From Dinoroseobacter sp. (GTDB lineage: Bacteria; Pseudomonadota; Alphaproteobacteria; Rhodobacterales; Rhodobacteraceae): a DNA stretch of 64,000 nucleotides. Location of the stretch: positions 124,302 through 188,301 of the forward strand of contig CBDIHL010000038.1 of assembly GCA_965279125.1 (NCBI GenBank), given 5' to 3'. The notes under the pieces were generated by a model, which had not been told where the DNA came from, searched no databases, and saw nothing but the letters and a program-made list of their open reading frames with translations. Both the position numbers and the translations under genes were made by a program. Of the stretch, positions 8,867 through 16,227 are shown in pieces (positions within the stretch are counted from its first letter, which is position 1; each line of letters opens with the position of its first letter).

Positions 8867-10475
8867 AAACGTGATGCAGATTTCGATTTGTTTTGGTTTG
8901 CTGTCGGTATTTGCCACACCTGCCATAGCCGAAATCGCCTGGAGGGACAGGCTGTACAACCCGGCGGCACTTGATGACGACGTCGTTCTACCAATGCCGT
9001 GCGACGGAGCGATGGTATTCCGCAAAGTCGAGACACCAAATAGGGATGGGGCCATCGGTGACGTTCCGTTTATCCTTGGCGAGGTCAATGAAGAGCAACC
9101 TTACCTAACCGGTCTGCGTCGCGCATTTGTGTCTGGACCGTTCTCATCAGCGGCGGACGGAACACAAAACCATTTCTACATGGCAAAATACGAGTTGGCA
9201 CAAATCCAGTTTGACGTCGTGATGCAACTGTTGAATGGGCAGGGATGCCCAGAAGGACGCGTGGGGCGTATTGACTTCCTACCCGTTGTCGATGTCAGCA
9301 AGTCAGAAATGGAGCGCTTTAGCGAGCTATATACGGTTTGGCTTCTTGAGAACGCGGCGGAGTCGTTGCCGCGATCAGGCAACACGACCGGATTTCTCCG
9401 CTTGCCGACAGAAGAAGAATGGGAGTTCGCCGCGCGCGGCGGCACGCGCTTGGAAGATGCCGCGTTTCGGGCCCCGCGTCCTCCGATCGAGCCTGGATCT
9501 GAGATCGCAGAATACATTGCCTATAATGGACCCGAAAGCGCGAATGGGGAAATACAATCCATAGGATTGCGCCGCGCCAACCCACTTGGCCTGCATGATA
9601 TGCTCGGCAATGTCGCTGAGATTGTGTCGACACCTTTCTCTATGGTGCGGCACGGGCGCCTGCATGGCCAAGCCGGGGGATACGTCAAACGCGGCGGTGA
9701 TGCACGCTCGCGTCTGGAACGGGTGACAAGTGCGACGCGGTTTGAAGTGCCTCCGTTCGATGAAATCTCGAAAAAGGTCTCGACGGATCGCTTTACGGGG
9801 GGGCGATTTGTAATTTCGGCGCAATCCATCACATCCCCCGAGCAGTTGGCCGCGATTGTTGCCAATCTAGAAGCATTGGCCCGGCCGGATGGTGCACTTG
9901 AGAATGCCGCATCAGAGGAAGAGGCAATGGCGCTTCTGGACGAAATCGCGGGCACGACCCCTTCCGCGCGCGAACGCCAGCAACTCGAAGTTGTCAAAAG
10001 CACAATTCTGGCGGGTCAAGCCGAACGGAACAGCCAGCGGGATCGGTCCATTCGCTTGGTCTTTGGTGCGACCACTTTGTTATGCGATCAAGCCATTCAG
10101 AGGTATTCAAATGCCTTGGCGATCGAGCCTTGGCTGGATGAATTTGCTGCAATGGAACAAACACCCGAAGTGCTTGAGGAAATCGAGTTTGCTCTGGACA
10201 GCATAAAATCACTTGAAGACCGTGCGCTTTCATCAAGTGCAGAATATGCTGATTTTCTGGAAGGAATGGCGGCTGATTACTCTCCGGCCTTGCTCGAGCG
10301 TCAGCTTCGTATCGTTATTGCAGATGTCGAGGATACGCAAACTCGACGCGGCCAGTGTTTTCTCGCGGCCGAGCGCCATCTTCTGGATCGCCTAAACCTT
10401 GGATACGCGAACATTCAGGCTATCGCGGAGGACTTTAAGTCCATTGCATTTGAACGCGCCCAAGCGCCGCAATGA
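8859..10475 (+). CDS. exported FGE-sulfatase (SUMF1/TagR-like) domain protein with helical C-terminal domain
   Basis: ATG 8859 overlaps the permease stop by 8 nt. Signal peptide MLRNVMQISICFGLLSVFATPAIA. FGE-family motifs RLPTEEEWEFAARGG and GLHDMLGNVAEIV. The listed ORF start 8820 (GTG) would lie inside the permease gene. Confidence 0.8.
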   Translation: MLRNVMQISICFGLLSVFATPAIAEIAWRDRLYNPAALDDDVVLPMPCDGAMVFRKVETPNRDGAIGDVPFILGEVNEEQPYLTGLRRAFVSGPFSSAADGTQNHFYMAKYELAQIQFDVVMQLLNGQGCPEGRVGRIDFLPVVDVSKSEMERFSELYTVWLLENAAESLPRSGNTTGFLRLPTEEEWEFAARGGTRLEDAAFRAPRPPIEPGSEIAEYIAYNGPESANGEIQSIGLRRANPLGLHDMLGNVAEIVSTPFSMVRHGRLHGQAGGYVKRGGDARSRLERVTSATRFEVPPFDEISKKVSTDRFTGGRFVISAQSITSPEQLAAIVANLEALARPDGALENAASEEEAMALLDEIAGTTPSARERQQLEVVKSTILAGQAERNSQRDRSIRLVFGATTLLCDQAIQRYSNALAIEPWLDEFAAMEQTPEVLEEIEFALDSIKSLEDRALSSSAEYADFLEGMAADYSPALLERQLRIVIADVEDTQTRRGQCFLAAERHLLDRLNLGYANIQAIAEDFKSIAFERAQAPQ

Positions 10476-10497
10476 CGCATATTCGGAGGATAACGGT

Positions 10498-10767
10498 ATG
10501 AGAGATACACTGAACAAATCCCTAGAGGGTCTCGTTTGGGTCGCAACCGGATTCTTGATTGTATTGTCTTGTTACCTAGGGGGCGTCTTCATCCGCGTCT
10601 CTGGTGAGTTAAACCTAGACATGATCTATGTCTTCGGTGGTCTGCTCTTCATCGTATTCGGCATAACAATGTCATTTGTGTTTGCAGGCCTGTGCTTTCA
10701 GATCATGGACATACGGAATTTTGCAAAGCACTCTGCGATTGGTTTGAAGAAAATTTCCCAGAAATAA
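10498..10767 (+). CDS. small hydrophobic membrane protein (89 aa), unknown function
   Basis: ATG 10498 is preceded by GGAGGA. Hydrophobic helices (VWVATGFLIVLSCYLGGVF; IYVFGGLLFIVFGITMSFVFAGLCF). The upstream part of ORF 10399 overlaps the FGE gene. Confidence 0.5.
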   Translation: MRDTLNKSLEGLVWVATGFLIVLSCYLGGVFIRVSGELNLDMIYVFGGLLFIVFGITMSFVFAGLCFQIMDIRNFAKHSAIGLKKISQK

Positions 10768-10804
10768 GCGCAGATGGGTTTGTGCACACAAGAAGGTAAG
10801 CGTG

Positions 10805-12214
10805 ATGACTGACGAACTCGACCTCGAACCTGGCACTGTCATTCAGGATACATACCGTGTGGATGAAATGCTGGGGCGCGGCGGCATGGGGGCTACGTTT
10901 CGGGGCGTGAACTTGGCGACGGGTCATGCGGTCGCGATCAAGATCATTATCCCGAGGCTTGCCGCAAACACGCGTGCGGTCGATTTGTTCAAACGAGAAA
11001 GCAGCATGTTGCGCACCGTACAGCATGACGCCGTCATCCGCTATGAGACGACATTGCAAGACCGAGACGGGCGTCTTTACTTGGTGATGGAATATGCTGA
11101 CGGTAAATCGCTCGCGGACTACATCAAAAAGGGCGCGCGCTTGCCAAGCGAAGGCGTCTTGAAGCTTGGTCTGCGACTTGCCGGCGGTCTGAGTGCAATT
11201 CACGGCTTGAACATCATTCACCGGGATGTGGCCCCCGATAATATCATCGCGCCAAAAGGGCAGATCGAGAAAGCGAAGTTCATCGACTTTGGTCTGGCCT
11301 CAGACACGGTCGGCACAGATCAGTCGATTATCGGCGATAGCTTTGCTGGCAAGATGAACTTCGCAGCGCCCGAACAGTTCGGCCTGTTTGGCAACAAGGT
11401 AACAAGCAAAACCGATTACTACGCTCTGGGTCTTGTTTTGATGAAAGTCGCAGGTCTTGCCATCCCCGGTGGCGGCAAAGGCATGGGCGCAGTCGAAGAT
11501 CGCCGGCAGGATGTCAAGATCGTGGGCTCGGATGCTTCCCCGGTCTTGGTGCGCACTTTGGAAATGCTGCTCAAAGCGGACCCTAATGATCGCCCCGATG
11601 ACGTTGTGCAGGTTTTCCGAGACGCACTCGTTGCACAAGAACGCGGCTCGGCGCCAGAAACGCCGACTGGCATGCCCGCAAAAGACACTTCCGACACTTC
11701 CAACGCTCAAGGCAGCCGTATCATGCTTGCCGGCGGGGGGGCTGTCGCCATCGTTGCGGTTGTGTCCGCCGCGGCGTTTTACATTCTTGGGCAAGGGGGC
11801 ACAGACCCGGTCCCGGTCGGTCCCGATAGCCTTGAACAGGCCGAAGCTGCACAGCAACTGCTTGCGGAAGATGACCCAATCGCACAGGCAAAGGCCACGA
11901 TCGAGAGCGGCGATAAAGGGCAGATTGGCGAGGTTTTGGGGGCAATGATCAAGCTCTTGGCCGACGAGAGCGCCGCGTCTGCTGTGCGCATTGAGGCCGC
12001 GCTGATCGTCGCGCGCATGTATGATCCCGAGACGTTTGATGCGCTGCGGTCTCCGTTTGACGAGCCAAATGCAACTGCGGCCCAACGGTATTACGAAGTG
12101 GCAGAACAACTTGGCTGGCAGGGCTTGCTTGAAACGCAAGACCGGGCAACCCGTTGGGCCGAACTGCGTGATAGCGTGTGGGACACAAAGACACTCGGAA
12201 AGGCGGAAACCTGA
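10805..12214 (+). CDS. Hanks-type Ser/Thr protein kinase with TM helix and a periplasmic helical domain of about 140 aa
   Basis: GRGGMGATF, VAIKII, HRDVAPDNII, DFGLAS, AAPEQ. TM IMLAGGGAVAIVAVVSAAAFYIL. The C-terminal region has a weak Sel1/TPR-like signature (AAQRYYEVAEQLGWQG). Confidence 0.9.
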   Translation: MTDELDLEPGTVIQDTYRVDEMLGRGGMGATFRGVNLATGHAVAIKIIIPRLAANTRAVDLFKRESSMLRTVQHDAVIRYETTLQDRDGRLYLVMEYADGKSLADYIKKGARLPSEGVLKLGLRLAGGLSAIHGLNIIHRDVAPDNIIAPKGQIEKAKFIDFGLASDTVGTDQSIIGDSFAGKMNFAAPEQFGLFGNKVTSKTDYYALGLVLMKVAGLAIPGGGKGMGAVEDRRQDVKIVGSDASPVLVRTLEMLLKADPNDRPDDVVQVFRDALVAQERGSAPETPTGMPAKDTSDTSNAQGSRIMLAGGGAVAIVAVVSAAAFYILGQGGTDPVPVGPDSLEQAEAAQQLLAEDDPIAQAKATIESGDKGQIGEVLGAMIKLLADESAASAVRIEAALIVARMYDPETFDALRSPFDEPNATAAQRYYEVAEQLGWQGLLETQDRATRWAELRDSVWDTKTLGKAET

Positions 12215-12215
12215 C

Positions 12216-14165
12216 ATGATGGGTCGAATGATCAGAGCACTTATCGCTGTAGCATTTGTAGTCAGCTTTCATACGGCGCCGCTTGCTGCGCAAGATGTCA
12301 GACCGCTGGTTATCGACGGGAAAGACACGCTGTTTCAAAGGGTTCTGTTGCGTAACAGAATACAAGCTCGCAGCGCACCGGATGGCGAGATCCTACGCAG
12401 CTTTGCGCCTCTGCAAGCGTTGTATGTCTATACGCGCCAACGCGACTGGCTCGAGGTTGCGCTTGGAACCGAGGGAGAGGACCGCGTTTGGATCCCTGAC
12501 GCCTCTGCGGTCGATTGGAACCAGAACATTGTTGCAACCTTGGAAGGCGGTGCCAATGTCGAGCGGCTGATGTTCTTTAGCGACGAGAACAGTGTCTACG
12601 ACATTATCGAAAGCGAAAACCCCGCCGCGGCAGCCGCACCATTTCTGGAAGCCGCATTAACGGCCGAGCAGGGGGGGGCTGCCTCGCAAGACGTTATTGC
12701 CTTGGGCCCGCAAGAAGCGATCGACCAGCGTAACAACCTTTATGTGATGCCCATTCTTGATGCGGAAAGGGCAATATTTGATGTTGGAGGCAGCGTAAAT
12801 GTCCTCAAAGTGGCCGTCGCCCGGTCTGACTTAGGCGGCCGGCTGCAACTGGATACCGAAAGTGCGACGACCGAGGCGGCCCGGCAAAATTTCAAAGCAG
12901 CTGTGGTGTTTGTCGTCGATACCACGATCTCGATGGAGCCTTACATCAACGCCACACGTGACGCGCTGGAAGAAGTCTATGCGCAAATTGCGCAGAAGAA
13001 TGAAACAGGCGTCGTCTCATTTGGCTTGATTGGATTTCGCGACAATGTCGATGCGGCACCGGGTTTGGAGTATGACGTCCAAACCTTTGTCAACCTTCAA
13101 GAAGGACGCGACGCCGATGCTTTTTTGGGCGGAATTTCTCGCATGACCGAAGCAAACGCGTCTTCGCGCAATTTTCGCGAAGATAGCTTTGCCGGGATCG
13201 AGTTCGCACTCACATCGCTGGATTGGTCCGATTTTGGGGCCAAGTATATCGTGCTGGTCACGGATGCGAGCCCGCGTGGCGCTGATGACGAACTCAGCGC
13301 AACCGGGCTTAGTCCGAGTGCCTTGAATTCCTTGGTCAAGGAACGGATCAAAGGCGTCATCGCGGCTCTGCACCTGCGCACGCCCAGAGGGGAGGCTGAC
13401 CATGCGCGGGCGGAAAACGCCTACACGGAGATGACACGGCAAACCAATGAAGCACCCCTCTACTTTCCTGTGGAAAATGGAGATGCCGAGATTTACCGAC
13501 AAACAGCGCGTGAGCTTGGGCGGTTCATTTCGGATCAGGTCATAAGCTTTCGCTCCGGGGACGCGCCTGAAGAGGCCGCTGATAGCTCCCTGTTTGCGGT
13601 GCAAGCATTGGCCTCTGCAGGCCGCACAATGCAATTGGCCTATCTCGGCAGCACCACAGGCACCGCGGCACCAGATGTCTTTGAAGCTTATGTCGTGGAC
13701 CGGGATTTTGATCGGCGCAGCCTCACGCCCCTGTCAATTCGAGTTTTGCTGAACAAGTCCGAGCTGAGCAACCTTGTCCAAGCTCTTGAAATCATTATCC
13801 AGAACATGGAAGAGAGCATCATCGCCCCGGACGAGTTCTTTTCGGGCGTGCTCGCCGCCGCCGCCGCGATGAGCCGCAATCCTGATACGCTCAACACGAG
13901 ATCTGATGCTACGCTTGCCGAGGCCGTGTCCATTTCCGAGTATCTCGATGGGCTGCCATATACCTCGGATGTGATGGGGTATACGCAAGAGGAATGGGTG
14001 CGCCTTACAATCCCTGAACAGGTCAACATCCAGAACGATCTCTATGCGAAGTTGCAGCTTTATCGCAGCTACAACCAGTCAACGGATCTGTGGGTCGATT
14101 ATCTTGGGGCCGGACCATCCTCGGAGAACTTGCTTTACCCGATGCCGGTCTCAAGCTTGCCTTAG
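12216..14165 (+). CDS. exported vWA-domain protein
   Basis: ATG sits 1 nt after the kinase stop. Signal peptide MMGRMIRALIAVAFVVSFHTAPLAA|Q. vWA core with MIDAS-like VVFVVDTTISME, GLIGFRDN, KYIVLVTDASPRG. The listed start 12021 would overlap the kinase by about 190 nt. Confidence 0.8.
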   Translation: MMGRMIRALIAVAFVVSFHTAPLAAQDVRPLVIDGKDTLFQRVLLRNRIQARSAPDGEILRSFAPLQALYVYTRQRDWLEVALGTEGEDRVWIPDASAVDWNQNIVATLEGGANVERLMFFSDENSVYDIIESENPAAAAAPFLEAALTAEQGGAASQDVIALGPQEAIDQRNNLYVMPILDAERAIFDVGGSVNVLKVAVARSDLGGRLQLDTESATTEAARQNFKAAVVFVVDTTISMEPYINATRDALEEVYAQIAQKNETGVVSFGLIGFRDNVDAAPGLEYDVQTFVNLQEGRDADAFLGGISRMTEANASSRNFREDSFAGIEFALTSLDWSDFGAKYIVLVTDASPRGADDELSATGLSPSALNSLVKERIKGVIAALHLRTPRGEADHARAENAYTEMTRQTNEAPLYFPVENGDAEIYRQTARELGRFISDQVISFRSGDAPEEAADSSLFAVQALASAGRTMQLAYLGSTTGTAAPDVFEAYVVDRDFDRRSLTPLSIRVLLNKSELSNLVQALEIIIQNMEESIIAPDEFFSGVLAAAAAMSRNPDTLNTRSDATLAEAVSISEYLDGLPYTSDVMGYTQEEWVRLTIPEQVNIQNDLYAKLQLYRSYNQSTDLWVDYLGAGPSSENLLYPMPVSSLP

Positions 14166-14192
14166 ACATTTGGGCCTGATGAGGCTGTCGAA

Positions 14193-14675
14193 CTAATCCC
14201 AGCCAAACGCTGGCAGTCTTACTTTGACCTCCTCGGGCACGGGCAACGCGGTAATGGGACGCGTATCCGTGCCGTGACCGGCCCAGATCCGGGTTTCTTC
14301 GCCGCGCGCGTAGATGGCCCCCTCGGGCCCGCGAAACTGGTGGCCGATCTGGAACGAGGTGCGGCCCCAATGAAGGATGCGGCTTTCAATCGTCAGAACC
14401 GTGCCTTGCTTGGCCGGGATCATGAACTCTGACCCGGTCTTGACCAGCGGATGACCCAACAGATCAAAGCGCGTGGCCAAAACTTCGGCGCTATAGCCCG
14501 CGCGCGCAAAGAGGCGCCACGTGGCTTGGTCGAACCAGCGAAAGTAGTTGGGATAAAAGACTATTGCCGCCGGATCGCAATCACCGAACTCTATGGTGAC
14601 GCTATGCACCGGGCTTGCGTAAATCTCGGGCAGGGCGGGCGGCGCGGTCATGCGCCCTCGGTCGGCAGTGTTCAT
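14193..14675 (-). CDS. hotdog-fold acyl-CoA thioesterase (4HBT/YbgC family)
   Basis: Motif context GDCDPAAIVFYPNYFRWFDQATWRLF is typical of 4HBT-type thioesterases. The gene lies 13 nt downstream of iorB on the same strand. Confidence 0.7.
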   Translation of the reverse strand: MNTADRGRMTAPPALPEIYASPVHSVTIEFGDCDPAAIVFYPNYFRWFDQATWRLFARAGYSAEVLATRFDLLGHPLVKTGSEFMIPAKQGTVLTIESRILHWGRTSFQIGHQFRGPEGAIYARGEETRIWAGHGTDTRPITALPVPEEVKVRLPAFGWD

Positions 14676-14688
14676 TCTTAACCCTCTT

Positions 14689-16227
14689 TCATTGCGCAGG
14701 CATTTGCTTCGGCGTCACCATGGCGGTGATCTGCGCATAGATGCTGGCGATGGTATCGTCGAGGCGTTCGCCCTCAGGATCCGCCAAAGCCGCCACCCGC
14801 GCGTTTGCCACGGCCTCGGCAACGACAGGCGCAGGCCAATCGGCGCTAAGGGCTTGGGCGATGACCTCGCGTTCGATCTTTTCGTAATTTGCCACGCCCC
14901 GCGCGAACGTATTGCCGTACCCCTTGATCAGGCGGGCCAGATCACACACCTCGCGCGCGAGGGCCAGATCGAGGCGCGCGCAATCGGCCACCAGTGCCAA
15001 CCATGCCTCGATCCGCTCTTGTTCCTCGACATAGCGCAGACTGCGCGGGCGCAGCCCCCTGAGCCGCGACAACCCGTAAACGCGCAGATAGCCCCACAAG
15101 CCCGTCGTGCGGATATGCATCCCCCAGTATTTCGTCCCCAGCCACCCTTTGCGTTTGGAATAGGCCAGCATCGGACGCGCAAGGCGGGGCGGCAGCAGGC
15201 TGCACACCTCCTCGATCCCCGGCTTGAAGTAGTCCACGATCTGAAACGGCGTGTCCGTGGCGCGGACCTCGCGCGCGACATCGCTAAACCGCTCGGCGCT
15301 GGCCTTGACTTGCGCCACACGGATGATGTCCTCGAACGACATGCGCACGGCCAGTTGGCGCGCCACCTCGCGGGTCAGTTTGCCGTCGCCGTTTTGTTCA
15401 ACCTCGACGGCTTGCAGTGCTACGAGCCGGTCGAGGTAGAGCGCCGCATATGTCGCCCCCTGATACGTCACCAACCGGCGCACCCCCTCATTGGCGATCT
15501 CGCGTGCGGGCGGCAGGATATCGCGATCCACGGCGGCTTGAAGCTCCGCAGGGGCGGCGCGGCCTTTCAAACTGGCAGGGGCTGTGCGCGCCGCAAGGGC
15601 GGTGACCTCGCCGCGTGCATGGGCCAGACCAAACCGAAAGCCCGCGAGGTTGCTATCGACCGCTTTGCCCTCGGCCCGGATACCGTCTTCGAGCGCCTCG
15701 GGCGCGATGGGCAAACGCCCTGATCCCGCCAGCGCCCCCAGCAAAACCGCGTTCAACACGCTGGAGGCTTCCTGCGCTGCCGCGTCCATATCAAACAGGA
15801 TGGCCTGTTGGGATTGCTCTTTCGCCGCCGTAAACAGCTTGCCCATATCAAAGCGCCCGTCGCCCATGGCCGAGCGTTCGGCAATCGCGAAAACCCGGTG
15901 GGTGGAGGCCACAAGCAAGGTCCGATCCGGTGTGACGAACCCCTTGGAGATCGCGCGCCCGGCTTCCAGAAATTCCGTGGCGACCATGATGTCCACATCG
16001 CCGGGCATCGGAGACAGGCAAAAGACCGGGGCAGGGTCGTCTTTATCGCGCGTCATCTCGATGTAATAAGTGGTCGCCCCGGTGCGTTGAGCGACGCCGG
16101 GGATCGAGGTCGATTGCACCTTCAAGCCTTCGCGCCGCGCGGCATTGACCAGCCAATTGGCCAGCACGCCGCCGCCTTCACCGCCCATGGCCGCGATCAG
16201 GATCGTGAGGGGTTGCTGGGCGCTCAT
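14689..16227 (-). CDS. iorB: indolepyruvate:ferredoxin oxidoreductase subunit beta
   Basis: N-terminus ILIAAMGGEGGGVLANWL is characteristic of the IorB/PorG family. About 510 aa. 4-nt overlap with iorA. Confidence 0.8.
   Translation of the reverse strand: MSAQQPLTILIAAMGGEGGGVLANWLVNAARREGLKVQSTSIPGVAQRTGATTYYIEMTRDKDDPAPVFCLSPMPGDVDIMVATEFLEAGRAISKGFVTPDRTLLVASTHRVFAIAERSAMGDGRFDMGKLFTAAKEQSQQAILFDMDAAAQEASSVLNAVLLGALAGSGRLPIAPEALEDGIRAEGKAVDSNLAGFRFGLAHARGEVTALAARTAPASLKGRAAPAELQAAVDRDILPPAREIANEGVRRLVTYQGATYAALYLDRLVALQAVEVEQNGDGKLTREVARQLAVRMSFEDIIRVAQVKASAERFSDVAREVRATDTPFQIVDYFKPGIEEVCSLLPPRLARPMLAYSKRKGWLGTKYWGMHIRTTGLWGYLRVYGLSRLRGLRPRSLRYVEEQERIEAWLALVADCARLDLALAREVCDLARLIKGYGNTFARGVANYEKIEREVIAQALSADWPAPVVAEAVANARVAALADPEGERLDDTIASIYAQITAMVTPKQMPAQ

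Noticed and set aside
12021-12215. N-terminal extensions offered by the ORF track (12021 for the vWA gene; also 18510, 30971, 46054, 51448, 52635, 23960, 45953, 27187, 8820)
   Set aside because: Each extension overlaps the upstream gene or lacks an RBS. An internal ATG preceded by a Shine-Dalgarno-like sequence yields a canonical signal peptide or family N-terminus, so starts were moved accordingly.
1-14165. Interpretation of the kinase/FHA/vWA cluster as a phage-defence island or mobile element
   Set aside because: No integrase, transposase, flanking tRNA or direct repeats are present. There is also no nuclease, helicase or NTPase effector. All non-signalling components are envelope-directed (signal peptides, TM helices, lipobox). 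Defence is not excluded, but the sequence does not support it.
14650-15723. 357-aa ORF on the + strand (also 15584-16066, 15808-16362, 16515-17123, 17250-18326)
   Set aside because: These lie entirely antisense to iorB/iorA. Their Arg/Gly/Ala/Pro-rich, low-complexity translations are typical of shadow frames in high-GC DNA, while the minus-strand products carry clear TPP and Fe-S motifs.
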